Shown one piece after another: positions 1 to 10,948 of a DNA stretch of 64,000 bases. Every line of letters begins with the position of its first letter. The stretch's first letter is position 1. Source of the stretch: an uncultured delta proteobacterium (GTDB taxonomy: Bacteria; Desulfobacterota; Binatia; UBA9968); NCBI GenBank assembly GCA_963760795.1, contig CAVXEP010000016.1, positions 96,001 to 160,000 on the forward strand, read 5' to 3'. The notes under the pieces are model-generated. The model saw only the letters and a list, made by a program, of their open reading frames with translations, made no database searches and had not been told where the DNA came from. A program made the position numbers and the translations under genes.

Positions 1-313
1 GCGCCCAGATCATGATGCGACGGCGGTCGGCGCGATCGGCGACGGCGCCGCCGAGGAGAGTCAAGGCGACTGTCGGGATCGTAAAGGTCAAGCCGGTGAG
101 TCCAAGCATCAGGGGAGAATTTGTCAGCTCCAGGACCAACCAACTTTGCGCCACCGCTTCCATGTTTTGCGCCAGCACCGAGGCCAACTGGCCGAACCAG
201 TAGAGCCGGTAGTTGCGGTGCTTGAGCGCGCTCAGCGACTGCGCCACGCGCTGGCTGCCGGAGAGCGCGTGCGTGGTGGATTGTGACAACGGCGGTGCGG
301 AAGATTTGCTCAT
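1..313 (-). CDS. MFS transporter, N-terminal part (runs off window start)
   Basis: Manual translation from ATG at 313: MSKSS...LKHRNYRLYWFGQLASVLAQNMEAVAQSWLVLELTNSPLMLGL...LGGAVADRADRRRIM; contains the MFS motif A (GxxADRxxRR). Confidence 0.85.
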   Translation of the reverse strand, partial: MSKSSAPPLSQSTTHALSGSQRVAQSLSALKHRNYRLYWFGQLASVLAQNMEAVAQSWLVLELTNSPLMLGLTGLTFTIPTVALTLLGGAVADRADRRRIMIWA

Positions 314-554
314 GAGGGAATTGCCGTCCATTGTTTCCTAAATCGGCGGCAGCCGCAACCGAATTGAGGAATGGCTGCAATGAACGCAAGGGGCTCAAAA
401 AAGAATCGGGATTGGTCCAAGGGCGGAATTCGAACACTCCGAAGTTCGTGTCCTTCGTGGTGAGTGTCCGTCGTCCTATTCGCGTTCGCCTGTTGAGGAT
501 TCTGCCGCTACCTTTTATGATCCCACGACATCTAACTTGAAAAGGCAAACTCTC

Positions 555-1910
555 ATGGCTCAATTCGATTACGATCTATTTACCATCGGCGCCGGTTCCG
601 GCGGCGTGCGCGCCAGCCGCATGTCGGCATCCTTCGGCGCCAAGGTAGCGGTGGCCGAAGAGCGCTATCTCGGCGGCACCTGTGTCAACGTCGGCTGCAT
701 CCCGAAAAAACTCCTGGTCTATGCTTCTCATTACGGCGAAGACTTCGACGATCTCCACGGCTACGGCTGGACGGTGGGGGAGAGGCGGTTCGATTGGGCC
801 AAGCTCATCGAGAATAAAAACAAAGAGATTATCCGGCTGAACGGCATCTACCGGAAGATTCTCGCTGACGCCGGGGTGACACTGTTTGAAGGCCACGCCG
901 AGGTGGTCGATGCCCATACCGTTGCCGTCGATGGCAAGCGGATCACGGCGAAATATATTCTCGTCGCCGTCGGTAGCTGGCCGACGGTGCCGAAGTTCCC
1001 CGGCTCCGAGTATGCAATTACCTCCAACGAAGCTTTTTACCTGCCGTCGCTGCCGGAGCGAGTCATCGTCGTTGGCGGCGGTTACATTGGCGTGGAGTTT
1101 GCCGGCATCTTTCACGGTCTCGGGGCGCAGACCACGCAGATTTACCGCGGCGAGCAATTTCTGCGCGGCTTCGACGATGACATTCGCAAAACTTTGGCCG
1201 ACGAGATGCGCAAGCGCGGCATTGATCTCAGGTTCAAAAGCCGCATTACTAATATTGAAAAAAGCGGCGCGGTTCTGAAAGCGACGCTGACCGATGGCAA
1301 CATATTGGAAGCCGATCAGATCCTCTTTGCCACCGGACGCGGCTCCAAGACGCCGGATCTCGGTTTGGAAAAAGCCGGCGTCAAACTAAAAGTAAACGGC
1401 GCGGTGATAGTTGACGAATATTCGAAATCCACGGTCGACAGCGTCTACGCCATTGGCGACTGCACCGACCGGATGATGCTCACGCCGGTTGCCATCGCCG
1501 AAGGGATGGCGTTGGCCAACACTTTGTTCAACAATCAGCCCACCATGCCGTGCTATTTGAATGTCCCGACCGCGGTGTTCAGCACGCCCAGTTGCGGCAC
1601 CGTCGGACTCACCGAAGCGGAGGCGATAGAGCGCGGCCATCAAGTCGACATCTACCGGAGTACCTTCAAGCCGCTCAAACACACGCTCACCGGCCGCGAT
1701 GAGCGTACCATGATGAAACTGGTCGTCGATCAAACCACCGACAAAGTCCTCGGTTGCCACATGGTCGGCGCCGACGCCGGCGAGATTACCCAAGGGCTCG
1801 CCATCGCGCTTAACTGCGGCGCGACGAAAGCGCAATTCGATATGACCATCGGCATCCACCCGTCCGCCGCGGAGGAGTTTGTCACGATGCGCAGCAAGGT
1901 GGCCGTCTGA
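555..1910 (+). CDS. gor: Glutathione-disulfide reductase
   Basis: GAGSGG FAD motif, [13 protein letters not shown] redox disulfide, GGGYIG, C-terminal [10 protein letters not shown]; likely start MAQFDYDL at 555. Confidence 0.92.
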   Translation: MAQFDYDLFTIGAGSGGVRASRMSASFGAKVAVAEERYLGGTCVNVGCIPKKLLVYASHYGEDFDDLHGYGWTVGERRFDWAKLIENKNKEIIRLNGIYRKILADAGVTLFEGHAEVVDAHTVAVDGKRITAKYILVAVGSWPTVPKFPGSEYAITSNEAFYLPSLPERVIVVGGGYIGVEFAGIFHGLGAQTTQIYRGEQFLRGFDDDIRKTLADEMRKRGIDLRFKSRITNIEKSGAVLKATLTDGNILEADQILFATGRGSKTPDLGLEKAGVKLKVNGAVIVDEYSKSTVDSVYAIGDCTDRMMLTPVAIAEGMALANTLFNNQPTMPCYLNVPTAVFSTPSCGTVGLTEAEAIERGHQVDIYRSTFKPLKHTLTGRDERTMMKLVVDQTTDKVLGCHMVGADAGEITQGLAIALNCGATKAQFDMTIGIHPSAAEEFVTMRSKVAV

Positions 1911-1994
1911 GCGCAGCCGGGGCGGGCGGTAAGTTACACTTTTGGAACTGGCAAACATGCCAGCCCAACCGCTGTAGAATTAGCGCGGCGGTTG

Positions 1995-2024
1995 TTGACT
2001 GATTCTTTCGCTCTAGTTTATGAT
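1995..2024 (+). promoter_or_regulatory. Putative sigma-70 promoter for the radical SAM gene
   Basis: TTGACT-N18-TATGAT about 230 nt upstream of the CDS. Confidence 0.4.
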
Positions 2025-2254
2025 CCGCCAGTTGGATTTCGTCGTCCGGTTACTTGTTTTCGGGGGCGGCCTCCTGCATGCTCTCGCCAGGGAGTTTCGC
2101 TGCGATTCGGTAAGCCCAGCAGTATCTCCGTCCGACTTGTCGATTTGGATAACAACGAAGTTTTGCTTTTAAGAGTTACAGTTGTGGGCGCTGACGCGTA
2201 ACGGTTGGCGCAAAGAGGCGATTCTCGGGCCGAATCGATTGTGCTGAATTGACC

Positions 2255-3820
2255 ATGGCTAAACGACTGAAGATTTGCATCATCAATCCCCAATTCGAAC
2301 CCTCCTACTGGGGGTTTGAATATGCCTTGCCGCTTTATCCCGGAAGCAAGAAGTCGTCGATGATCACCGGCGCGCTGCCTTATCTCGCCGGGCTGGTGCC
2401 GGACCACGACGTCCGTTTACTCGATGAAAATGTCGAGGAGATTGTTTGGCCGGAGCTAGGCGATTTCGACATTGTCGCTGTCACCGGGATGAACGTGCAA
2501 AAGGAGCGCATGCGGCAGATCCTCGAGAAGCTGCGCGCGATGAAGCTGTTCACCGTGGTTGGCGGCGCTTACGCGTCGGTGGATGAGAGGTATTTCGATA
2601 ATCTCTGCGATGTCCTGTTCACCGGCGAGGCCGATGAGACCTGGCCGGAATTTGTCCAGTGCTTTGCCGAGGGGCGCGCCTACCGGACGCTTTATAAGCA
2701 AGAGAATCCGACGGATATGCGCAACGTCCCCAAGTCGCGCTACGACCTGCTCAAGGTCGATCGTTATGCTTCGGGGGCGCTGCAATTCTCCCGCGGTTGT
2801 CCGTTTCAGTGCGAGTTCTGCGATATCATCGTCACTTTCGGCCGCCGTCCGCGCACCAAGCGGCCCGAGCAAGTCATCGAAGAACTCGATGAAATGCGCC
2901 GGGTCGGTTTTTACTCATGCTTTATCGTCGATGACAATTTCATCGGCAATAAGAAAGACGCCAAGGCGTTGCTCCGGTTGATCATTCCTTGGCAGCAGAA
3001 GCATGGCTATCCGCTGCGCTTGACCACCGAGGCGAGCGTCAATTTGGCCGACGATGCCGAGTTGCTCGACCTGCTCTACCAGGCGAACTTCCGCTCGGTG
3101 TTTATCGGCATCGAAACCCCGCGGGAAGCCTCGCTCAACGAGACCAAGAAATATCAAAACATCCGAGGCGATTCGCTCCAGGCCAAGCTCGCGCGGATTC
3201 GCAACGCCGGGATGGAAGTGAGCGCCGGCTTCATCGTCGGTTTCGACAACGACGACGCGACTATTTTTGAAGATCAGTATCGCTTCATTCAGGACAACGG
3301 GATTCTTTTAGCGATGGTCGGCATGCTCACCGCGGTGCCCAAGACGCCGCTCTATGAGCGGCTGGAGAAGGCCGGACGCCTGCGGCTCGACGACCCCAAT
3401 TGCAACATCGTGCCTGCGCAGATGACGCCGCAGGAACTGCAGCAGGGCTACTGGCAACTGCTCAAACGGCTGTACGATCCACAGGCTTTCTTCGATCGCT
3501 ATTTTCAGATCACTGCCTATCCCGACTTCAAACAGCGGCGCGCCGAGATTAGCATCCGCGCCAACGAAGGCAAGGCGTTGCCGACGCTCGTTTACGGGCT
3601 GCTATTGCTGAAGACTCTCGTGCTCGCCCTGATCAAAGAGCGCAGCTTGACCACCGTCGGCGCGGTATATTTAAAAAACTTCTTTCAACGCAGTCTTAAG
3701 GTGCGCGCAGATATCATCGGTTTCGCGCAATTCATGAACCGTTGCGTGACCCACTGGCATTTCTATAAGTTTACCCAAGAAGGCACGGCAGGGAAGTTGC
3801 GTTTGTTTAACTCTGGGTGA
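2255..3820 (+). CDS. B12-binding radical SAM protein (class B methyltransferase-like, DUF4070-type C-terminus)
   Basis: N-terminal cobalamin-binding region (VVGGAYAS, GEAD) and RGCPFQCEFC CxxxCxxC motif. Confidence 0.85.
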   Translation: MAKRLKICIINPQFEPSYWGFEYALPLYPGSKKSSMITGALPYLAGLVPDHDVRLLDENVEEIVWPELGDFDIVAVTGMNVQKERMRQILEKLRAMKLFTVVGGAYASVDERYFDNLCDVLFTGEADETWPEFVQCFAEGRAYRTLYKQENPTDMRNVPKSRYDLLKVDRYASGALQFSRGCPFQCEFCDIIVTFGRRPRTKRPEQVIEELDEMRRVGFYSCFIVDDNFIGNKKDAKALLRLIIPWQQKHGYPLRLTTEASVNLADDAELLDLLYQANFRSVFIGIETPREASLNETKKYQNIRGDSLQAKLARIRNAGMEVSAGFIVGFDNDDATIFEDQYRFIQDNGILLAMVGMLTAVPKTPLYERLEKAGRLRLDDPNCNIVPAQMTPQELQQGYWQLLKRLYDPQAFFDRYFQITAYPDFKQRRAEISIRANEGKALPTLVYGLLLLKTLVLALIKERSLTTVGAVYLKNFFQRSLKVRADIIGFAQFMNRCVTHWHFYKFTQEGTAGKLRLFNSG

Positions 3821-4010
3821 GCGCCTGAACGGCGAGTTGACTCGCCTAGCCGTTGTCAACCGTGAAATCCAACGCGCCAATGTTTTCGATCCCGCCTTTG
3901 AGTTTTTCTCCGACGCTCCACTTGCCCTGAAAGGCCGGTGCAATTGGCATTGACGATCGCAATCAGCTCGCCGGATCAGCGCCGCGAAAAAGACCGGGTA
4001 ACTGCTAATC

Positions 4011-6137
<2,127 letters not shown>

Positions 6138-6144
6138 CGCCTGT

Positions 6145-6173
6145 ATTTCGGCGCCTGCCGATAACTCGTCACA
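6145..6173 (+). promoter_or_regulatory. Putative upstream activator sequence, copy 1
   Basis: ATTTCGGCGCCTGCCGATAACTCGTCACA; 24/29 identical to 8202-8230; 115 bp upstream of a -24 GG. Confidence 0.6.
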
Positions 6174-6257
6174 AACTTCTCGTCACACTCGCTGCCAACG
6201 ATCGCTTAATATCTTTCGGGTAAAGAATTTAGTTGTCTTTTCCGGCACTGCCCGTTG

Positions 6258-6274
6258 TTGGCACAATCCTTGTT
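6258..6274 (+). promoter_or_regulatory. Sigma-54 (-24/-12) promoter, near-consensus, upstream of the SDR
   Basis: TTGGCACAATCCTTGTT (GG-N10-GT instead of GC). Confidence 0.55.
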
Positions 6275-6358
6275 AGAACAAGCTGGTATATGGCCCAGTC
6301 TGCATTGATCATTGGCAAGCGGTGGCCAAAATCAGGATTCAATAAGGAGGAGTCATTT

Positions 6359-7090
6359 ATGTCGCTCCCGCTTGAAGGAAAAACCGCGCTGGTTACCGGC
6401 GGCTCGCGAGGCATCGGCAAAGCCATCGCTGAAAAACTCGCCGCCGATGGCGCGAGTGTAGTTATCAACTATACGCGCAATCAGCAACCGGCGCAGGCGA
6501 TTGTCAGTGCCATCAAGGCGCAGGGCGGCGAGGCCGTCGCCATCCAGGCCGATGTTGCCAAACCCGCGGAGGTGCGCCGATTGTTCAGCGAAGCCGAGAA
6601 GGCGATGGGCAGACTCGATATCGTCGTCGCCAACGCCGGTGTCCATATCTCAAAACCGCTGATCGATAACACCGAGGCGGATTACGATTACATTTTCGAC
6701 GTCAATACCAAAGGGGTGTTTTTCACCTTGCAGGAAGCCGCCCGCCGGGTGCGTGACGGCGGTCGCATTGTCGTCGTGTCCAGCGCCGGAACCAAAATGC
6801 ATTTTGCCAATATGTCGCTCTATCTTGGCAGCAAAGGAGCCATCGAGCAGTTTGCTCGCTCGCTGGCACTCGAACTCGGCCCGCGCAATGTTACGGTAAA
6901 CGTTCTCTCGCCGGGATTTACCGATACCGACATGCTGCCGGAAGAGTACCGCGCTTTCGGCGCGAGTTTGTCGCCGTTCAATCGCGTCGGCACGCCGCAG
7001 GAAGTCGCGGATGTCTCCGCCTTTCTGGCGAGCGGGGCATCACGGTGGATAACCGGGGAAAATATCCAAGCCGGCGGCGGGGTGGTGTGA
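6359..7090 (+). CDS. Short-chain dehydrogenase/reductase (FabG-like)
   Basis: TGGSRGIG, NAG and YLGSK catalytic motif; strong AAGGAGG RBS before ATG 6359. Confidence 0.9.
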   Translation: MSLPLEGKTALVTGGSRGIGKAIAEKLAADGASVVINYTRNQQPAQAIVSAIKAQGGEAVAIQADVAKPAEVRRLFSEAEKAMGRLDIVVANAGVHISKPLIDNTEADYDYIFDVNTKGVFFTLQEAARRVRDGGRIVVVSSAGTKMHFANMSLYLGSKGAIEQFARSLALELGPRNVTVNVLSPGFTDTDMLPEEYRAFGASLSPFNRVGTPQEVADVSAFLASGASRWITGENIQAGGGVV

Positions 7091-7155
7091 GCGCGGGCGA
7101 AGTGATTCGCTAACTCGTAACCGTCGGATGACAAGAAGAAAAAAGGACAGATAAT

Positions 7156-7326
7156 ATGAAATTTTCACTCGTGCCATTGCTGATCGCCGGACAAACCATT
7201 TCCGCCAAGGCCAGACAAGCTTTGCTTGAGAACCGTCTCAAAGATGCGGCGACATTACTGATGCAAGAGTATGGGCTAACTTGCGCTGAGGCGGGAGATC
7301 TCCTCAACGTAACCCAGTGCGAGTAG
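7156..7326 (+). CDS. Small hypothetical protein (56 aa)
   Basis: AAAGGA RBS; MKFSLVPLLIAGQTISAKARQALLENRLKDAATLLMQEYGLTCAEAGDLLNVTQCE; below the ORF-track cutoff. Confidence 0.55.
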   Translation: MKFSLVPLLIAGQTISAKARQALLENRLKDAATLLMQEYGLTCAEAGDLLNVTQCE

Positions 7327-7485
7327 TGTTGCTCGTTTGTTTGGATACTCAAACGATGTGGCAGAGCCGTTGCCCCGATCCTGTACAGCCGGGCCGGCTC
7401 AGCTCGGCGTTTGCGACCGATGCGCGTACCGCCGGGAAGCGCGAAGCTAACTGCGTTGACCGCGAATTTCCTGAGGAGTGTTGCT

Positions 7486-7893
7486 ATGGCGCGAGATGAA
7501 GAGGCGATTGCCCAAACCTTTCGGAATTACGTGGCATCGTTCCAGAGGCTAAAGCCGGACGGCGTAGTTTCTTATTGCGACGCCCCGTGTTTGTTTATCT
7601 CCGCTCAGGGCGTCCGCATGATGGCGGATGCGCAAGAAGTGGCGGCGTTTATCGCCGAGCTAATGGAAAGCCTCCAGGCGCGCGGGTTTTTACGCAGTGA
7701 AATAGGCGAGCTGCATGTGAATCAGATGAGCGCCAACATCGCTGTGGTGAGTGTGCAAAGGGTTCGCTACCATGCGGACGGGCACGAGCTTGAACGGCTT
7801 GGCGAGACCTACGTCTGGCGCAAAATCGACAACGACTGGAAGATTGTCAGCGCCATGACCCACGACGCCGACCGGGTATTGCGGCTCGGTTAA
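7486..7893 (+). CDS. NTF2/SnoaL-like (DUF4440-type) protein
   Basis: GAGGAG RBS; about 135 aa ending in the typical YVWRKIDNDWKIV strand pair. Confidence 0.7.
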   Translation: MARDEEAIAQTFRNYVASFQRLKPDGVVSYCDAPCLFISAQGVRMMADAQEVAAFIAELMESLQARGFLRSEIGELHVNQMSANIAVVSVQRVRYHADGHELERLGETYVWRKIDNDWKIVSAMTHDADRVLRLG

Positions 7894-8201
7894 AGATTGT
7901 CGGGCGGCAGAACCGCGCTGGTCGCAGTGAGATTCCTCGACCGAATATTGACCCTATTCGGTTCCATGGCAAAAATTGATCGAGATTGTCGATGAATGTT
8001 TCTCTCCCCTCTGAAAGTCGTACATCGCTGTCGACAGCGAGTTCACGCATTATCACCGTCGTCACTGAACGCAGCTGAAGTCTGAGCGTAGCCGGCACGG
8101 TTGCCTCGCAGCTCGCCGGGCCCAGACGAGTTTCCCCATCATTAGCCGTTCAGACAAAGCCTTATCGAAGACTCTCCTTCACCCGCTCTGATCAAGCCAA
8201 C

Positions 8202-8230
8202 ATTTCGGCGCGTGCCGACCGGTCGTCACA
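8202..8230 (+). promoter_or_regulatory. Putative upstream activator sequence, copy 2
   Basis: ATTTCGGCGCGTGCCGACCGGTCGTCACA; 125 bp upstream of the -24 GG of the promoter at 8325. Confidence 0.6.
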
Positions 8231-8324
8231 TTTATTTCGGCGCCAATCTCGAAGCTGAAATGTGCACGGCACTTAACTCTCGTAGTTCCAAACATTTACA
8301 TCGCGTAAGCACCACAGGACGTTG

Positions 8325-8341
8325 CTGGCACGCGCCTTGCC
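8325..8341 (+). promoter_or_regulatory. Sigma-54 (-24/-12) promoter
   Basis: CTGGCACGCGCCTTGC matches TGGCACG-N4-TTGC with exact GG-N10-GC spacing. Confidence 0.8.
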
Positions 8342-8380
8342 ATTATCGGTTTTAACGAAACTGGGAAGGCGGTTAGACCG

Positions 8381-8545
8381 ATGAAGTTCGAGAGTATTGT
8401 TGTCGCGTTGTTGCTTATAGGCGGGAGTAATCTGTTTGCCCGGGTACTAACCCAGGGATTCGAACCGGCGCTAGCCGGGACGGCGATCGAATGGTCGGCA
8501 ACCCGAATCAGAACGGCGATTAAACTGGTTCGCTCACATCTTTAA
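8381..8545 (+). CDS. Small hypothetical protein (54 aa), hydrophobic N-terminus
   Basis: First ATG after the sigma-54 promoter; MKFESIVVALLLIGGSNLFARVLTQGFEPALAG... Confidence 0.45.
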   Translation: MKFESIVVALLLIGGSNLFARVLTQGFEPALAGTAIEWSATRIRTAIKLVRSHL

Positions 8546-8587
8546 AATTGATCGGCAAGGCGAAGTGGCTGCCAAGGAGACGATGTG

Positions 8588-8749
8588 ATGGAAATTGATA
8601 AAAGATGGTTTGATCTCGCAGCAGCGCCTGTGGCGATGCTTGCCGGACTCATTCACGTAGATTCAAATTTTTGTTGGTGCGAGCCAATCATTGAGATAGA
8701 CGAGATCGGCGAGGAAATTGTCATTCATCGGCAGGTTACCTGGAACTGA
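8588..8749 (+). CDS. Small hypothetical protein (53 aa) with H-x5-CWC-x-P...H motif
   Basis: AAGGAG RBS; MEIDKRWFDLAAAPVAMLAGLIHVDSNFCWCEPIIEIDEIGEEIVIHRQVTWN. Confidence 0.55.
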   Translation: MEIDKRWFDLAAAPVAMLAGLIHVDSNFCWCEPIIEIDEIGEEIVIHRQVTWN

Positions 8750-8776
8750 GAGGGCAAGAAACGGGAGGATCGGACG

Positions 8777-9190
8777 ATGTCATTAAAACCTAACAACTAT
8801 TTGCGAGCCTTCATTGCCGCAGGGGTGATCGGCGGTTTCATTCTGTTCGGGTGGATCGCCGGCGCTGGAGCGCAAGATGCCGACAGCAGGGCGCAGCCGC
8901 GCTACGCCAGGCTGGAGGCGGGGCTGCCGCAGGTCACATTTACTATGGTCTCGTTCTCGCCGCTAACGGCGCACGGTCAGACCGTGGGTGCGATCGCGAT
9001 TTATGACGATCCGACGACGCCAAGACCGGTGGATTATCTCGAAGTGTTCGACAGCGGCGGCGCGCTTGTTGTGGTTAACTGGTTCGATCGGTTCGGCATC
9101 GAGAGGTTGGTTGTCGACCGGGGACTGCTCGAGGGAGGACAAGAGCTTGAAGGTGTATTCGTCGCGGTGGTTAACGGCGAGGCCATATAA
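8777..9190 (+). CDS. Hypothetical exported protein
   Basis: GGAGG RBS; N-terminal hydrophobic signal ending AGA-Q. Confidence 0.65.
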   Translation: MSLKPNNYLRAFIAAGVIGGFILFGWIAGAGAQDADSRAQPRYARLEAGLPQVTFTMVSFSPLTAHGQTVGAIAIYDDPTTPRPVDYLEVFDSGGALVVVNWFDRFGIERLVVDRGLLEGGQELEGVFVAVVNGEAI

Positions 9191-9207
9191 AGCTCGTTGT
9201 CCAGCTT

Positions 9208-9485
9208 ATGCTTAAAATCACGGTCGATATCGAAGGCGAGCGCGCGGCCCTTGAACTCGAGGGCCGGCTTGCCGGTCCCTGGGTGCAGGAATTGCGCGAT
9301 TGCTGGCAGCGGGCGGAAAGCGACGGGCGCCAGATCAGCGTGGTGTTGAAGCAGGTGACGTTTCATCGACGGCGCGGGAAGACAACTGCTTGGCGGAGAT
9401 GCGTCAACGGGGAGCCGTCCTGGCGGCTGAAGGGTGCATGACCAAAGCGATTGTCGAAGAGATCAGCGGAGGAGAAAAACCATGA
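9208..9485 (+). CDS. STAS-like (anti-anti-sigma-type) protein, frameshifted
   Basis: LEGRLAGPWVQEL...VTFIDGAGRQLLAEMRQRGAVLAAEGCMTKAIVEEI is recovered after removing extra bases at ~9361 and ~9389. Confidence 0.7.
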
Positions 9486-9820
9486 GAGAATTTGTTCAAG
9501 AAGTGAACGATGGGAATTTTACCGAGGCGGTGCTGAATTCAAAAAAACCGGTGCTGGTGGATTTTTGGGCCCAATGGTGCGGACCGTGCCGTGCCCTCGC
9601 GCCGATCGTCGATGAGCTCGCCCAACAGTACGCCGGCACGGCGCAATTCATGAAACTCAACGTCGATGATAATCCGCAACTTGTCGAGCGCTATCGGGTG
9701 CAGGCGATACCGACGCTGATACTGTTTCGCGACGGCGAGGAAAAACAGCGCATGGTCGGTGCAGCGCGCAAGGAACTGATCACACAGGCCATCGATGCTC
9801 AGGTTGGCGAGAACAATTAG
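9482..9820 (+). CDS. trxA: Thioredoxin
   Basis: VDFWAQWCGPC active site and IPTL cis-Pro motif; ATGA overlap with the STAS stop. Confidence 0.92.
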   Translation: MREFVQEVNDGNFTEAVLNSKKPVLVDFWAQWCGPCRALAPIVDELAQQYAGTAQFMKLNVDDNPQLVERYRVQAIPTLILFRDGEEKQRMVGAARKELITQAIDAQVGENN

Positions 9821-9832
9821 GAGGAAGTGATC

Positions 9833-10255
9833 ATGGAACCAAAGCTGGCAAAGTCAGGGAACACGGAGAATGCAACCGCTTCCAGGGGCGACGAAAAGAT
9901 CACCTCGCTTTTTCAGCCGGACACGCTGCTGTCGGCCCAATACTTTGACACCCTGCGGAGAAAAACCCGGCTTGAGCCGGAAAAACGGCTCCTGCTGGCG
10001 GTCTTAGAGGATGCGATCATTAGCTTCCAGGACAATCTGTTTTCTCAGCGCAGTAAAAACCAGCGGTTGTTCGACGAAGCTGAACAGTGGATCACAACGC
10101 CGGGCGGCGAATGGATGTTTTCCTTTGACAATGTCTGCGAATCGCTTGGCTTTAACCCTGAGTATGTGCGCCGCGGGCTGTTGCGCTGGCAAGAAAAGCA
10201 TCGGCAAAAACCGTCTGCCAGTGGCGCTCCGGATGAAAAACGGCTGGCCAGTTAA
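9833..10255 (+). CDS. Conserved hypothetical protein (EPEKRLLLAVLEDAI / FSFDNVCESLG family)
   Basis: AGGAGG RBS; protein-like composition; function unknown. Confidence 0.7.
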   Translation: MEPKLAKSGNTENATASRGDEKITSLFQPDTLLSAQYFDTLRRKTRLEPEKRLLLAVLEDAIISFQDNLFSQRSKNQRLFDEAEQWITTPGGEWMFSFDNVCESLGFNPEYVRRGLLRWQEKHRQKPSASGAPDEKRLAS

Positions 10256-10320
10256 CTTCGCGCCGGAGATGGCTCGGACGCGGAAAACACAAAGAAGGCT
10301 AATAGAGAGGGGACAGGATC

Positions 10321-10503
10321 ATGAATTCATGGGAAATAATCTTTCGTCAGAGCAGGGTGAATAACGCCAGCTATGACGGCGAAGCACTCCCCGCGCAGAA
10401 TTGGCATTGGCCACGGGGCACCTGGTTTCAGCGCCGCCTGCGCTATCTCCGCAACGGTTACGGCAGATACGCCAGGGCGCTGGCGGAAGAACGCTGGCAA
10501 TAG
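10321..10503 (+). CDS. Small hypothetical protein (60 aa, Trp/Arg-rich)
   Basis: Purine-rich RBS region, co-oriented within the operon. Confidence 0.5.
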   Translation: MNSWEIIFRQSRVNNASYDGEALPAQNWHWPRGTWFQRRLRYLRNGYGRYARALAEERWQ

Positions 10504-10520
10504 TCGATAACGGAGCGGCC

Positions 10521-10921
10521 ATGAAGACAGCGGAAATAAACTGGGAGCTCTTTTGGCAAGTCGCGAGCCAACAAACTAACGCGGAAAAAAACTCCTGGCT
10601 CGGGCGCTGGGCATTTGCCGACGACAGCGTAAAGCTGTCGATGCAGCCGGCAAGAACGGAGACGGACGATGCCATCGCAGCGCTGGCGACACGGTGTCCA
10701 ATAACTTTAGCAGGAGAGGGGTCAGAAGGCGCCAATCGCGATTTTCTGCGAAAAACGGCGCGTCCCGCGTCCTCCTACCTACCAGCGCACGCCAGCAATT
10801 GAACGAACTACCTGATGATGTGCTGACAAAAGTTACGCTCTTTTACTACGGAGATCTGCAGGTGGCTGTTGACCAAATGCTCAAATTTTTGGTCGTTACC
10901 GAATCCGTGTCAGACAGCTAG
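10521..10921 (+). CDS. Hypothetical protein with Lon/BrxL-like C-terminal segment (frameshift ~10750)
   Basis: GGAG RBS, MKTAEINWELFW...; continues in another frame as NGASRVLLPTSARQQLNELPDDVLTKVTLFYYGD. Confidence 0.45.
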
Positions 10922-10948
10922 CGATCCGCGGTACCGCACGAGGGGCGA

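Noticed and set aside
2255-3820. Hopanoid methylase HpnP or BchE assignment
   Set aside because: Only family-level motifs are visible and there is no hpn or bch context.
8091-8110. Third sigma-54 promoter (CCGGCACGGTTGCCTCGC)
   Set aside because: GG-to-GC spacing is not 10 nt.
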